A stretch of 64,000 bases of DNA from Candidatus Aminicenantales bacterium (GTDB lineage Bacteria; Acidobacteriota; Aminicenantia; Aminicenantales; Saccharicenantaceae): positions 242 to 64,241 of the forward strand of contig JBEKVN010000002.1 in the NCBI GenBank assembly GCA_049513915.1, written 5' to 3'. Below the pieces are notes generated by a model. It worked only from the letters and a program-made list of their open reading frames with translations, did not search any database and was not told where the DNA came from. Made by a program: the position numbers and the translations under genes. The first letter of the stretch is position 1. The number at the start of each line of letters is the position of its first letter. Of this stretch, positions 44,747 through 55,712 are shown piece by piece.

Positions 44747-45790
44747 ATGCCCGACAGAAAAAAAGCCCTGATTACCGGAATTACTGGCCAGGACGGCTCC
44801 TATCTCGCGGAGTTCCTGCTTTCAAAAGGATACGAGGTCCATGGAATCGTCCGGCGGTCCAGCTCATTCAACCGGAGCCGGATCGACCATCTCTACGTAG
44901 ATCCCCATCTTCCCGATGCCCGGTTTTTTCTCCACTATGGAGACCTTGCCGACTCCGAGCAGCTCACGGAAATTATCTATAACATTAAGCCCAATGAAAT
45001 ATATCACCTGGCCTCCCAGAGCCATGTCCGTGTCAGCTTTGATCTGTCCGAATACACGGGCGATATCACCGGCCTGGGAACCACGCGCCTATTGGAAGCC
45101 GTGCGAAGGAGTGGGATTCAGACCAAGTTCTATCAGGCGTCGAGCAGTGAAATGTTCGGCAGCGCCCCGTCCCCACAAAATGAAAATACGCCTTTCCAGC
45201 CCCAAAGCCCATACGCCGCGGCAAAGGTCTACGCCTATTGGATGGTCAGGAACTACCGCGAGGGTTACAAGCTATTTGCCTGCAACGGAATCCTCTTCAA
45301 CCATGAATCGCCGAGAAGAGGGGAGACCTTCGTCACCAGAAAAATCACGAGGGGCATAGCGCAAATCCTAGCCAATAAAGAAAAGACCATCTATTTGGGC
45401 AACCTGAGTGCCAGAAGAGACTGGGGTTACGCCCCGGAGTATGTCGAGGTCATGTGGCAGATGCTCCAGCAGGATACGCCTGACGACTATGTCATCGGGA
45501 CGGGAGAGGGGCACTCCGTCGACGAATTCTTAACCGAGGCCTTCAAGTATGTCAATCTCGACCGCCATAAACATGTCGTCATCGAGCCGGCATATTTCCG
45601 GCCTACGGAAGTCCAGGAACTCAAAGCCGACTCAACCAAAGCCAGAAAAAACCTGAACTGGATTCCCAAAATCAAATTCAAAGACCTCATCAAAATCATG
45701 GTTGACGCCGATCTCGAAATGCTGGGGCTCGATCCGCCAGGGCACGGGAAAAAAATCATCCTGGATAAGGGTTTTCAGTGGAAGCTGTAA
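44747..45790 (+). CDS. gmd: GDP-mannose 4,6-dehydratase
   Basis: [46 protein letters not shown]...[13 protein letters not shown] is the canonical Gmd N-terminus. [10 protein letters not shown] active-site Tyr. Confidence 0.85.
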   Translation: MPDRKKALITGITGQDGSYLAEFLLSKGYEVHGIVRRSSSFNRSRIDHLYVDPHLPDARFFLHYGDLADSEQLTEIIYNIKPNEIYHLASQSHVRVSFDLSEYTGDITGLGTTRLLEAVRRSGIQTKFYQASSSEMFGSAPSPQNENTPFQPQSPYAAAKVYAYWMVRNYREGYKLFACNGILFNHESPRRGETFVTRKITRGIAQILANKEKTIYLGNLSARRDWGYAPEYVEVMWQMLQQDTPDDYVIGTGEGHSVDEFLTEAFKYVNLDRHKHVVIEPAYFRPTEVQELKADSTKARKNLNWIPKIKFKDLIKIMVDADLEMLGLDPPGHGKKIILDKGFQWKL

Positions 45791-45809
45791 GGACCTTACC
45801 CTCGACAAG

Positions 45810-46781
45810 ATGAGCGAAAAAAAAAGGGTTCTCATTACCGGCGCGACCGGCTTTGTCGGCGGGTACCTTGTTCATGCGCTTGAGGAAGAGGGCCCATCTG
45901 AGTTTGAGGTTTTTGGGACGGCTTTTCCCCAGGCCCCCCCGCCTTCCGAACCCCGGATTTATTTCCTGGACCTGCGCTCGGAAAAAGACGTGATAAAGCT
46001 TGTGGGCGAGGTCCAACCCGATTGGGTATTCCATCTCGCGGCCGTTTCCAACGTGCGCAGATCTTGGCAAGTGAGGAGCGAAACGATTGAAACGAACGTC
46101 CTCGGCACCCATAACCTTTTGGAAGCGGTCAGGCAGCTCGCGCCGGCGGCCAGAATGCTTTTCATCAGCTCCTCGGATGTCTACGGCTTCGGGGCGTCTC
46201 CGACTGAAGTCCTGAATGAAGATGCCCCGCTCCAGATTGTCAGCCCCTACGCTTATTCAAAGGCCGCCGGCGAGATGTTATGCGGTTTTTATGAAAAGAT
46301 TGAGAATATCGACATCGTTATCGCTCGGCCTTTCCCCCATACGGGCCCGGGGCAGACTGAGGACTTTGTCTGCTCTGACTGGGCTCGCCAGGTTGTCCAG
46401 ATTGAAAGAGGCGACAGCGCGCCCATACTTAAAGTCGGGAACCTCGAAGGCCGGCGCGATTTCTGCGACGTCCGGGACGTAGTCAGGGCATATGTACTCC
46501 TGCTAAAAAATGGCCGTCGAGGCGAGATCTATAACGTTTGTTCGCGTATGGCCATAGCGCTTAGGGAGGTTCTAGACTTTCTTATCAGAGAAGCTGCCGG
46601 GAATACGCCTATCTCCGTCGAGGTTGACGTAGCTAAGCTCAGGAAGACCGATGTACATTTCCTTATCGGCAGCCATCGAAAAATTTCAGAAGAAACCGGT
46701 TGGTCGCCTCGGATTTCGATTGACCAAACTCTCCGTGATGTCCTCGCTTTCTGGCGGCAAAGATTAGGGGACAGGTTATAG
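45810..46781 (+). CDS. rmd: GDP-4-dehydro-6-deoxy-D-mannose reductase (Rmd-like short-chain dehydrogenase)
   Basis: VLITGATGFVGGYLVHAL. ...ISSSDVYG...SPYAYSKAAGEML...ARPFPHTGPGQTEDFVCSDWARQVVQIE...VGNLEGRRDFCDVRDVVRAYVLLL...GEIYNVCS follows the Rmd pattern (ARPFNHIGPGQ...RDF.DV.DV..AY). Confidence 0.6.
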   Translation: MSEKKRVLITGATGFVGGYLVHALEEEGPSEFEVFGTAFPQAPPPSEPRIYFLDLRSEKDVIKLVGEVQPDWVFHLAAVSNVRRSWQVRSETIETNVLGTHNLLEAVRQLAPAARMLFISSSDVYGFGASPTEVLNEDAPLQIVSPYAYSKAAGEMLCGFYEKIENIDIVIARPFPHTGPGQTEDFVCSDWARQVVQIERGDSAPILKVGNLEGRRDFCDVRDVVRAYVLLLKNGRRGEIYNVCSRMAIALREVLDFLIREAAGNTPISVEVDVAKLRKTDVHFLIGSHRKISEETGWSPRISIDQTLRDVLAFWRQRLGDRL

Positions 46782-46973
46782 ACCAGCTCCATTTCATCAG
46801 ATAACAAAATGGACTTCTTCCCTACGGCAATCCCAGAGGTTGGCATCCGCTGGCCAATCCCCCCAGGCGTGGCGCCCATTCTTTCATCGAAAGATGCATC
46901 CGGGGCTCGGCTGGAAAACGCTGACGTTTACGATTGAGTCGCCCTCTCGGTTAAAGGCGGCTAATAAGCTCAA

Positions 46974-48059
46974 ATGCGAAAAATCCTAGTTACAGGCGGG
47001 GCCGGTTTTATCGGCTCGAATTTCATTCACTATCTACAGCGCTTTGAATCGGATGCATTCATTATCAATCTGGATGCCCTCACTTATGCTGCTAATCTGG
47101 AAAATCTACGTAATTTGCCGGTGCCAAACCGCCACCGCTTTATCGAGGGAGATATCTGTAATCGTGAACTACTGGATCGCATATTGGGAGAGAATGAGAT
47201 CAGTACGATCATCCATTTTGCCGCAGAATCGCACGTCGATCGATCCATTCACGGTCCTGCGAAATTTATCCAGACCAATATTGTGGGGACATTTACTTTA
47301 CTCGATGCCGCCCGTAAAGCCTGGCTTCAGGAAAAAACAGTCCCCGTTGAGCAGGCGCGTTTTCACCATATCTCCACGGATGAGGTTTATGGTTCCCTCG
47401 GCCCCGGCGACGCCGCTTTCACGGAGGCCATGCCATACGCACCCAATTCCCCCTATGCCGCCTCTAAAGCGTCAAGCGATCATCTCGTTCGCGCCTATTT
47501 TCATACTTACGGCCTCCCGGTGACGATCACAAATTGCTCGAATAATTATGGCCCTTACCAGTTCCCCGAAAAATTGATTCCCTTGATAATCTTTAACGCA
47601 TTGAACGGGCGGCCCCTACCTATTTACGGAGACGGAATGCAGGTGCGGGATTGGCTCTATGTCGATGATCACTGTGAGGCAATTTGGCAAGTGGTCCGGC
47701 GAGGCCGATCCGGTGAAACTTATAATGTCGGAGGGAACAATCAACCTCCGAATATCCAAGTCATTAAAGATATCTGCGCTATTCTGGATGATCTTGTGCC
47801 GGATTCCGGCCACGCCCCGCACGACCAGTTATGCTGCTTTGTAGCCGATCGTCCCGGACACGACCGGCGGTACGCGATGAATCTCGAAAAAATACGCCAA
47901 GAGTTAGGCTGGCACCCGAAAGAAAAATTAAAGAGCGGTCTCCTAAAAACCGTGCAATGGTACCTGAACAATCCAGAATGGGTGAAGACGATTGCCGATA
48001 GGCCTGAATATGAAGCTTGGCTGCTTAAGAATTATCAGGCAAGAGGGGTGAAAAAATGA
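46974..48059 (+). CDS. rfbB: dTDP-glucose 4,6-dehydratase
   Basis: [21 protein letters not shown]...[15 protein letters not shown] is a canonical RmlB. Confidence 0.85.
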   Translation: MRKILVTGGAGFIGSNFIHYLQRFESDAFIINLDALTYAANLENLRNLPVPNRHRFIEGDICNRELLDRILGENEISTIIHFAAESHVDRSIHGPAKFIQTNIVGTFTLLDAARKAWLQEKTVPVEQARFHHISTDEVYGSLGPGDAAFTEAMPYAPNSPYAASKASSDHLVRAYFHTYGLPVTITNCSNNYGPYQFPEKLIPLIIFNALNGRPLPIYGDGMQVRDWLYVDDHCEAIWQVVRRGRSGETYNVGGNNQPPNIQVIKDICAILDDLVPDSGHAPHDQLCCFVADRPGHDRRYAMNLEKIRQELGWHPKEKLKSGLLKTVQWYLNNPEWVKTIADRPEYEAWLLKNYQARGVKK

Positions 48060-48934
48060 AGGGAATCATCCTTGCGGGGGGGAAAGGAACCCGTCTACAT
48101 CCCCTGACAAAAGCGAGTTCCAAACAGCTTCTACCCGTTTACAATAAGCCGATGATTTATTACCCGCTTTCAATACTCATGCTAGCGGGAATTAGAGAGA
48201 TCCTCGTCATAAGCACGCCCGAAGACCTGCCTCTCTTCAAACGGCTACTGGCGGACGGCAGCCAATGGGGCCTTCAATTTTCCTATGCTGAACAGACAAA
48301 ACCGCGCGGCTTAGCGGATGCCTTGCTGGTTGGCGAGCAATTTATTTCCGGTCAACCGTGCGCGTTGATCCTGGGAGACAACATTTTTTACGGTGCCGGC
48401 TTGCTCACGATCCTGCGTCAAGCAGCGGCCCTCACCGAAGGCGCGGTAATATTTGCCTATCAAGTCAAAGACCCGGAGCGTTATGGAGTCATCGAGTTCG
48501 ATTCGATAGGAAACGCAGTTTCGATCGAAGAAAAGCCCAAGGCCCCCAAGTCGAATTATGCGATACCCGGTATCTATTTTTATGACGAAAAGGCCGTTAG
48601 CTATGCTCACCAACTTCAACCCTCCGGGCGGGGTGAAATCGAGATCAGTGATTTGAACTTCATTTATTTGAAGGCCGGCAAATTGCGTGTGTCTGTTATG
48701 GGGCGGGGAGTCGCGTGGCTGGATGCCGGCACGCATGAATCGCTCCTCCAAGCAGCCAGTTTTGTTCAGACGGTGGAAGACCGTCAAGGTTTAATGATTT
48801 CCTGTCCGGAAGAAATTGCCTTTCGAATGGGTTTTATCGATGAATCAAAACTGCACGTTCTGGCGGAGGCGATGGCCAGCAACAGTTACGGGGCATATCT
48901 TCTAAATTTGATTAAGGCTGAACATAAATATTAG
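48056..48934 (+). CDS. rfbA: Glucose-1-phosphate thymidylyltransferase
   Basis: [39 protein letters not shown] is a canonical RmlA N-terminus. Overlaps rfbB by 4 nt. Confidence 0.85.
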   Translation: MKGIILAGGKGTRLHPLTKASSKQLLPVYNKPMIYYPLSILMLAGIREILVISTPEDLPLFKRLLADGSQWGLQFSYAEQTKPRGLADALLVGEQFISGQPCALILGDNIFYGAGLLTILRQAAALTEGAVIFAYQVKDPERYGVIEFDSIGNAVSIEEKPKAPKSNYAIPGIYFYDEKAVSYAHQLQPSGRGEIEISDLNFIYLKAGKLRVSVMGRGVAWLDAGTHESLLQAASFVQTVEDRQGLMISCPEEIAFRMGFIDESKLHVLAEAMASNSYGAYLLNLIKAEHKY

Positions 48935-49048
48935 CTTGGATTGGAAGGCTGGACCTTTTTATCGTTTTAGGTCCCAGCTTATATCCAGTAGAGCTCAAAA
49001 TGGATCCTCTCCTTTACGTAACTGATTATATATATTGGTGCCTTAAAT

Positions 49049-50488
49049 ATGATGCTTAGGCAAAAAACAATAAGCGGACTCAAGTGGAGTTTTCTTGATA
49101 GCTTTGCTAATCAAGGTTCTCAGTTTATCATTGGAATCATCCTTGCAAGGTTGCTTGTCCCGAGAGATTTCGGTCTCATAGGGATGCTGACCTTTTTTAT
49201 TGCGATATCCCAATCCTTCATCGACAGTGGCTTCAGTCAAGCTCTGATCAGAAAACAGGATTGCAGGCAGGTCGACTTCAACACGGCGTTTTTGTTCAAT
49301 CTTTTGGTCGGGATTATTTTTTACTTAGTTCTGTTTTTCAGTGCTGAATTCATAGCTCGCTTTTTCGGCGAGCCTCAGTTGTTTCAATTGATCAGGGTAT
49401 TGGGCTTAATTCTTTTGATAAATGCATTCGGATTGATTCAGAGAACGCTCCTTACTAAAGAAATCAATTTTAAGCTGCAAACCAAGATATCCCTTATCGC
49501 ATCGTTCATATCGGGAGCTATCGGCATAGGAATGGCGGTTAACGGATTCGGCGTTTGGAGCCTTGCCTATAAAACAATCGCCCAGCAATTAGTCATAACT
49601 TTATTATTTTGGCTCTGGAATAAGTGGAAACCGACGTTGGCTTTCAGTTTTCACGCATTCAAGGATTTGTTTCGGTTCGGCTCAAAACTGCTCGTATCCG
49701 GAATCGTCGATACAACCTACCGGAATATCTATTACCTAATAATTGGCAAGTATTTCTCTGCAGCAGATTTAGGTTATTATGCCAAAGCAGATGAGTTCAA
49801 TAAAATTCCGTCGGAAAATCTTAGCGGAATCATAGGCAGGGTCAGCTATCCAACCCTATCATGCATTCAAGATGACCCCGCAAGGCTAAAATCGGCCTAT
49901 AAGAAACTTATCCAAACTACTGTTTATATTACCTTTATTCTGATGATTGGGCTCGCTGCCACCGCGAAAAAAATAATCCTAGTATTGATCGGAGAACGGT
50001 GGCTGCAGGCTGTGCCGTATCTTCAACTTCTATGCTTTGTCGGTCTGATGTACCCGCTACACGCTTTGAATCTAAACATGTTGATGGTAAAGGGAAGATC
50101 GGATCTGTTTCTGAGGCTTGAGGTAATAAAAAAAATCCTGGCGGTTCCGGTAATCGTTATCGGGATTCTCTTTGGAATAAAAATTATGATCGTCGGAATG
50201 ATAATAAATTCCTTGCTTGCATACTATCTAAACAGCTATTGGTCAGGGAAGCTAATAGGGTATTCGGTTCGAGAGCAAATCGCCGATATTTATTCGCCTT
50301 TTGCCCTGGCGGTAGTAATGGGTATATTAACCTGGCTCGTTGGAACGGTCATAAAAAGCGGGCCTGTGGTTGTTCTAATATCGCAATTGAGTATAGGAGG
50401 TATCGTAATCCTAGTTATTTCGGAAATCACTAAATTGAAACCGTATATTGAATTGAAAAGCATCGTCCTGGAAAGCATAAGAAGATGA
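49049..50488 (+). CDS. wzx: Wzx-type oligosaccharide-unit flippase (MOP superfamily polysaccharide biosynthesis protein)
   Basis: About 12 TM helices. N-terminal KWSFLDSFANQGSQFIIGIILARLLVPRDFGLIGM is typical of Wzx/RfbX proteins. Confidence 0.65.
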   Translation: MMLRQKTISGLKWSFLDSFANQGSQFIIGIILARLLVPRDFGLIGMLTFFIAISQSFIDSGFSQALIRKQDCRQVDFNTAFLFNLLVGIIFYLVLFFSAEFIARFFGEPQLFQLIRVLGLILLINAFGLIQRTLLTKEINFKLQTKISLIASFISGAIGIGMAVNGFGVWSLAYKTIAQQLVITLLFWLWNKWKPTLAFSFHAFKDLFRFGSKLLVSGIVDTTYRNIYYLIIGKYFSAADLGYYAKADEFNKIPSENLSGIIGRVSYPTLSCIQDDPARLKSAYKKLIQTTVYITFILMIGLAATAKKIILVLIGERWLQAVPYLQLLCFVGLMYPLHALNLNMLMVKGRSDLFLRLEVIKKILAVPVIVIGILFGIKIMIVGMIINSLLAYYLNSYWSGKLIGYSVREQIADIYSPFALAVVMGILTWLVGTVIKSGPVVVLISQLSIGGIVILVISEITKLKPYIELKSIVLESIRR

Positions 50489-51630
50489 ATGAAGAAAAAA
50501 AGGAATTGCGGATATTCAAGAAGCCGGTGCTGGTTACAAAACCATATTTGCCGCCTTTGGAAGAGTTTCAGGAATATTTGCGGGACATTTGGGATAGTCG
50601 CTGGTTGACCAACAACGGAAAATACCATAAGGATTTCGAAAAAGCGCTTTGTAATTATCTGGGCGTCAAATACATATCGCTGTTTTCCAATGGAACCCTT
50701 GCCCTCCTCACCGCTCTGCAAGTGCTCAGAATCTCCGGCGAGGTGTTGACCACGCCATTCAGCTTTGTCGCGACGACTCATGCCCTTTGGTGGAACAACA
50801 TTAATCCCGTTTTCGTAGATATTGAACCGGATACCTTTAACCTGGATACAGCTAAGATCGAAGCTGCAATTACTCCAAAAACAACCGCCATTCTGCCTGT
50901 GCATGTTTACGGAAACCCATGCCATGTGGAAAGGATCAAAGAAATAGCCGATAAATATGGATTGAGAGTAATCTACGATGCCTGCCATACATTTGGCGTA
51001 TCCGTTAATGGTATACCGATATTGAACTATGGCGATCTATCGGTCATGAGTTTCCATGCCACAAAAGTCTTCACGACTTTTGAGGGCGGTGCCATTATAT
51101 GCCATAACGAAGCCACGAAAACGAGAATTGATAACTTGAAAAATTTTGGCTTCGCTGATGAAACTACTGTGATCGGTCCTGGAATCAACGCCAAAATGAA
51201 TGAGTTCCAAGCAGCGTTGGGCGTGCTCCAGTTAAAGCATATAGATAGGGCTATTGAAAAAAGAAAAAAGATCGCCTGCCGCTACAGAGAAGGGTTGAAA
51301 AAGATACCAGGGATATCATACTTGCAAGACAAGCCGGAGGTTAGACATTGCTACGCCTACTTTCCGGTTCTGATTAATAAGGATGCATATGGAAGAACTA
51401 GAGATGAAGTATATGAAGAATTGAAACACTACAATATCTATGGCCGGCGGTATTTCTATCCTTTAATCAGTCAGTTTTCAACATACCGAGGGCTGGAATC
51501 TGCGCAGCCCGGGAAAATGCCCGTTGCTGAAGAGGTCGCCCAAGAAGTAATCTGCCTGCCAATATACCCTGAACTACGAATCAAAACCGTAGACCAGATC
51601 TGCCAGGTAATTTCGAATTACTCGTTATGA
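50485..51630 (+). CDS. DegT/DnrJ/EryC1/StrS-family sugar aminotransferase (dTDP-4-keto-6-deoxyhexose 4-aminotransferase-like)
   Basis: LPPLEEFQEYLRDIWDSRWLTNNGKYHKDFEKALCNYLG...SNGTLAL...FHATKV (PLP-lysine context). It follows rfbBA, and no rfbC/rfbD is present. Confidence 0.75.
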   Translation: MNEEKKELRIFKKPVLVTKPYLPPLEEFQEYLRDIWDSRWLTNNGKYHKDFEKALCNYLGVKYISLFSNGTLALLTALQVLRISGEVLTTPFSFVATTHALWWNNINPVFVDIEPDTFNLDTAKIEAAITPKTTAILPVHVYGNPCHVERIKEIADKYGLRVIYDACHTFGVSVNGIPILNYGDLSVMSFHATKVFTTFEGGAIICHNEATKTRIDNLKNFGFADETTVIGPGINAKMNEFQAALGVLQLKHIDRAIEKRKKIACRYREGLKKIPGISYLQDKPEVRHCYAYFPVLINKDAYGRTRDEVYEELKHYNIYGRRYFYPLISQFSTYRGLESAQPGKMPVAEEVAQEVICLPIYPELRIKTVDQICQVISNYSL

Positions 51631-51640
51631 AAGTTTTATT

Positions 51641-51668
51641 GCATATGCGATAAGCATATGGTTCTTGT
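51641..51668 (+). terminator. Candidate intrinsic terminator after the aminotransferase gene (GCATATGC-GATAA-GCATATG followed by GTTCTTGT)
   Basis: 7-bp perfect stem with a 5-nt loop, followed by a T-rich tract, in a 128-bp AT-rich gap. Confidence 0.3.
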
Positions 51669-51758
51669 GCTAAGGACGGTCCCAGCCTGAGGAATGTATA
51701 CAGGCATACCTTTGAAGTACATTAAATAAAGAATTAATAACCTTTTAAACTATCTTCG

Positions 51759-52688
51759 ATGAATGGCGCTCCCTTAGTTAGTGTTTGTATGATCACGTAC
51801 AACCACGAAAACTATATTCGTTCAGCTATTGAGGGTGTCCTTATGCAGAAGACAGCCTTCAAAATTGAACTAGTGATTGGGGAGGATTGTTCAACAGATG
51901 ATACCCGCAATATATGTAAAGAACATGAGCAAAAAAACCCAGCCGTAGTAAAGTTACTTCAATCTAAAGTTAATCTTGGTATGATGTTGAATACATTAAG
52001 AACTCTTGATGCTTGCCGCGGCAAGTACATTGCCATATGTGAAGGGGACGATTACTGGACCGACTCAAGTAAATTACAGATGCAGGTCGATTTATTGGAG
52101 GCGAATCCCGATTATGGATTGGTATTTACTGATGCTTCTCACTATTATGAGCAAAATGATACGTTAATTCCTGCTTACGATAAAACGTTCAGGAGAAAAA
52201 TCCCCACAGGGGATGTTTTGCCTATTCTATTGCAGGGTAATAATCCATACAGAACTTGTACGTCAATGTTCAGACGGAGTTTGATTAGGGAGTATGCTGG
52301 AATATTGACTAAGCACAGATTCAAAATGGGGGATTGGGTATTATGGCTGTTCATTGCCGGGCAAGCAAAGATCGGCTATCTAGATCATCCTACTGCTGTT
52401 TATCGAATTAGAGAGAAATCGGCTTCACACTTTGATGACCTGAAAAAATTTGTTTTATTCCTCAAGAGTAGCTATCAAGCATCAATTTATTTTTCCGATT
52501 ACTACAGACAGCTAGTTAATCGAAGGAAACTGAAGAAGAACTACAGGAATTCCGTTCTGAAATACTGCGTGAATCAGAAACAATTCAAAAAACTAATTGA
52601 GTATTCCGGATGTTTACCCATAGCATTAGTAGCCATTGCGAAGGAGAAACTCCGGAACTTAATTATAGCAGCAAGAAAACACAAGTAA
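51759..52688 (+). CDS. Family 2 glycosyltransferase
   Basis: APLVSVCMITYNHENYIRSAIEGVLMQKT...GEDCSTDDT is the GT2 N-terminal signature. DxD in CEGDDYW. Confidence 0.7.
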   Translation: MNGAPLVSVCMITYNHENYIRSAIEGVLMQKTAFKIELVIGEDCSTDDTRNICKEHEQKNPAVVKLLQSKVNLGMMLNTLRTLDACRGKYIAICEGDDYWTDSSKLQMQVDLLEANPDYGLVFTDASHYYEQNDTLIPAYDKTFRRKIPTGDVLPILLQGNNPYRTCTSMFRRSLIREYAGILTKHRFKMGDWVLWLFIAGQAKIGYLDHPTAVYRIREKSASHFDDLKKFVLFLKSSYQASIYFSDYYRQLVNRRKLKKNYRNSVLKYCVNQKQFKKLIEYSGCLPIALVAIAKEKLRNLIIAARKHK

Positions 52689-53981
52689 ATGATACTATTG
52701 CCCCTAATTACGTTGGTTCTAATATTCTTCCTTTATCAAAAAAAGAACCACTTCCATTTTGGCATAGTAAGCCTAATAGTCATGGCTTATCTAGGTATGG
52801 CTTGCGCCTCATTGGTAGTTGAGCTATCGGGCTTATTCCCAGGAGTTTTTCCTTATGCATTCGAACCCATGGCCTATTTATCGCTTTCGTTCATAATTCT
52901 TTTTCTGGGTTTTTCTGGATTCAAAGACAATAGATTCTCAGCTATTAAACTTGACAATATCTACCTATTTAGGGTGCTTGAGAATATTTTGATAATTGGA
53001 GGTTTCCTTGCCATTGGATTTTTCCTCCCTTTTGCATGGAGGGCTTTGACTGGCGATATTGAACAAAATAGAATTCAGATTGTCTACCAACAAGAGCTAT
53101 TAGGAAGATGGGGGATAATAAATTCCATATTTTCGTTATTGGCAAATTTGTTCATTCTGGCTCAGGTGTGCTCATTCATTAATTTGATGCCTAGGAACGG
53201 GAAAAGAAATATTATTCGCGCATATTTACTGTTATTTAGTAGTTTCTCTTATGTGGTCTATATCTTAGCATATGTTGGGCGCGACGGCGTGATTTTTTGG
53301 ATCATGTCATTCGTATTTTGCTTTATATTTTTTAAAGATTTTCTTATAAAGAATGATTTGCGACGGATAAAGCGCTTATTTATATATATATTACCGGCGC
53401 TTGCCATTCCATTTATCTTAATCTCCGTGGCAAGATTTTCTGAACGCGTGGGTGGTGTGGGGTGGAATATTGTTAACTATGGTGGACAACAGCTAAAAAA
53501 TTTCAATGATAGCTATCCAATTGATGCTCCGATTCTATATGGCAGGTGGGGTTTTCCCGTATTCATAAAAATTGTAGAGAGTACGGGGTTTGGAGTTAAA
53601 GTAGGACCTGAGCCAGTTGAGCGGTCTTATTACTACTTAAACTATGGAGTTGATCCTTGGACTTTTAATACGTTTATTGGAAGTTTGATAGGCGATTTCG
53701 GGAAGATCGGAACGCTAGTATTCCTTTGCTTATTGAGCCTGATTTCGAGGAGCATAACGAAAGAAGTTTCGGCAACAGGTATTTTTAGGTTATCGAAAAT
53801 TGTTTTATTTATTCTGGTCTACCAGATTGTATATTGGGGCGTTTTTTATTTTAGGATGTATTCAGCAAATTATTACGTGCTATTTTTAATTTTACTTTTT
53901 ATTTCGTTCAGAGTAGTGCATTCTTCCCGATGTTCATTTCTTTTTTACAAAACGGCAAAGGCCGATTACAAAGGATTGTGA
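52689..53981 (+). CDS. Polytopic membrane protein, probable O-antigen/oligosaccharide polymerase (Wzy-like)
   Basis: 430 aa, very AT-rich, about 10–11 hydrophobic helices, with a large loop near the C-terminal third. Its position between the glycosyltransferases is consistent with Wzy. No diagnostic motif. Confidence 0.4.
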   Translation: MILLPLITLVLIFFLYQKKNHFHFGIVSLIVMAYLGMACASLVVELSGLFPGVFPYAFEPMAYLSLSFIILFLGFSGFKDNRFSAIKLDNIYLFRVLENILIIGGFLAIGFFLPFAWRALTGDIEQNRIQIVYQQELLGRWGIINSIFSLLANLFILAQVCSFINLMPRNGKRNIIRAYLLLFSSFSYVVYILAYVGRDGVIFWIMSFVFCFIFFKDFLIKNDLRRIKRLFIYILPALAIPFILISVARFSERVGGVGWNIVNYGGQQLKNFNDSYPIDAPILYGRWGFPVFIKIVESTGFGVKVGPEPVERSYYYLNYGVDPWTFNTFIGSLIGDFGKIGTLVFLCLLSLISRSITKEVSATGIFRLSKIVLFILVYQIVYWGVFYFRMYSANYYVLFLILLFISFRVVHSSRCSFLFYKTAKADYKGL

Positions 53982-54510
53982 ATTGGACCAGGGAGTCAGG
54001 GCAAAGGATATTATTGCGTATTAGTCTGCCATATCTTAACAAGGATATATGGTAATGTGAGCGGCGTACGAAAATAGTATGCTCTAACTTCAAAGTGCTG
54101 GGTTGTTCCAGAAGCGGTCAAGGGTGCAAATACGATTCCCAAGATTGTGCCATAAATATAGATTCTTGATTCTTTAATTAGCATTTCTCCAGGAGGCACT
54201 TGGTTTAGGTGATATCTATAGCTTAGCATCTGGCGTCCTTTTTTAGTAAGCGATTGTGGAACACATGGGCCTAAGATTGAGGTGCTGATACCCGGCAGGA
54301 ATGATGTGCATTTTCCAGTGAATGATGCAAGCGCATTGGGTGATTGATTTGTGCGGTTGGTGTCTAATCTGGAGGTCTTAGCAAGGATGGGGCCAAACTT
54401 TTACGGAATCTAGCTATAACCTTCAGCATATGGCAGACGTCTTTCTACAAGCTTTCGACTATGCCCTTCGAGCCAGATCTGCCGATATCAGAAAAAAGAT
54501 TCGTGTTTGA

Positions 54511-55710
54511 ATGGCAACCCAGCCGGCAATTTTACACATAACGCCTCTAGTTGGTAAAGCTTCTTTTGGCGTTGGTCCTGTTGCTTTAAACTTAGCAAAA
54601 AGCCAACAATCACTAGGAAAACGAGCAGATATCTGGTGTCTCGATTCAGAAAGCGAGGCAAGGGTGCTTGAGAGGAATTTTCGTTTGAATAATCAAACGA
54701 TATGCTGCTTTACTATGGTGGGACCTCATAGACTTGGTTATTCCCCGGCAATGGCGCGGGCAATTGTGAAAAAGGCAGACGCCTATGACATTATCCACCA
54801 ACATGGCATTTGGACCGCTATTTCCCGAATAACCAATCGATGGCGGACAATACGCCGCGGACCAACACTGATTTCGCAGCACGGATCTTTAGATGCCTGG
54901 GCGCTCAAGCGTTCGATCTGGAAGAAACGTCTGGCCCTATTGTCATACGAAAGCAGGAATCTGCGTGAAGCCTCCTGCCTTCACGCGCTCTCCGGCCGTG
55001 AAGCCGAGGCTTTCAGAGCATTTGGACTGAGAAATCCGATCGCTGTGATTCCAAATGGCATATCTGAGAGCTGGCTACAAGAAAGTGGAGACCAGAGTTC
55101 AATCCGACGCCGATTTGGGCTATCCATCGAAACCCGTGTCTTGCTGTATCTTGGACGAATCACACCTAAGAAGGGATTGCCTATGCTGTTACGGGCAATG
55201 TCTGCGATGAAAAATCAGCTGGACGCCTGGAGACTCGTCATTGCAGGTGTCGATGAATTCAACCACCAGAAAGAGGTTGAATCACTGGTTAAGCGATTGA
55301 CGCTGGAGCCATACGTTCAGTTTATAGGACCTCTTTTCGATCAAGATAAGCGAGATGCCTTTGCTGCTGCTGATATATTCGTTTTGCCTTCGCATAGCGA
55401 AGGATCGCCCCTTGTTGTCCTTGAGGCTTTGGGCGCCGGCGTGCCGGTCCTGACGACAAAAGCATCCCCCTGGGAAGAACTTTTAACGTGGAGGTGTGGG
55501 TGGTGGACTGAAGGTTCTGCAAAGGGCATTACTGAGGCACTGGAAAAGGCACTGAATAAGCCCAAATGGGACCTGCAGGAAATGGGGCAAAGAGGAAAAT
55601 CTTTAGTGTGTACACGGTATACTTGGAATCAAGTAGCCAAACTAACGATCAAGCTCTATGATTGGCTTCTCGGGCGCGGCGAACAGCCCGATTTTGTAAT
55701 TAAGGACTAA
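54511..55710 (+). CDS. Family 4 (group 1) glycosyltransferase
   Basis: E-x7-E motif region LPSHSEGSPLVVLEALGAGVPVLTT. Confidence 0.7.
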   Translation: MATQPAILHITPLVGKASFGVGPVALNLAKSQQSLGKRADIWCLDSESEARVLERNFRLNNQTICCFTMVGPHRLGYSPAMARAIVKKADAYDIIHQHGIWTAISRITNRWRTIRRGPTLISQHGSLDAWALKRSIWKKRLALLSYESRNLREASCLHALSGREAEAFRAFGLRNPIAVIPNGISESWLQESGDQSSIRRRFGLSIETRVLLYLGRITPKKGLPMLLRAMSAMKNQLDAWRLVIAGVDEFNHQKEVESLVKRLTLEPYVQFIGPLFDQDKRDAFAAADIFVLPSHSEGSPLVVLEALGAGVPVLTTKASPWEELLTWRCGWWTEGSAKGITEALEKALNKPKWDLQEMGQRGKSLVCTRYTWNQVAKLTIKLYDWLLGRGEQPDFVIKD

Positions 55711-55712
55711 CA

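Noticed and set aside
54011-54229. 72-aa minus-strand ORF in the AT-rich gap of the glycan cluster
   Set aside because: No motif or RBS. It lies in a compositionally atypical spacer and is more likely non-coding.
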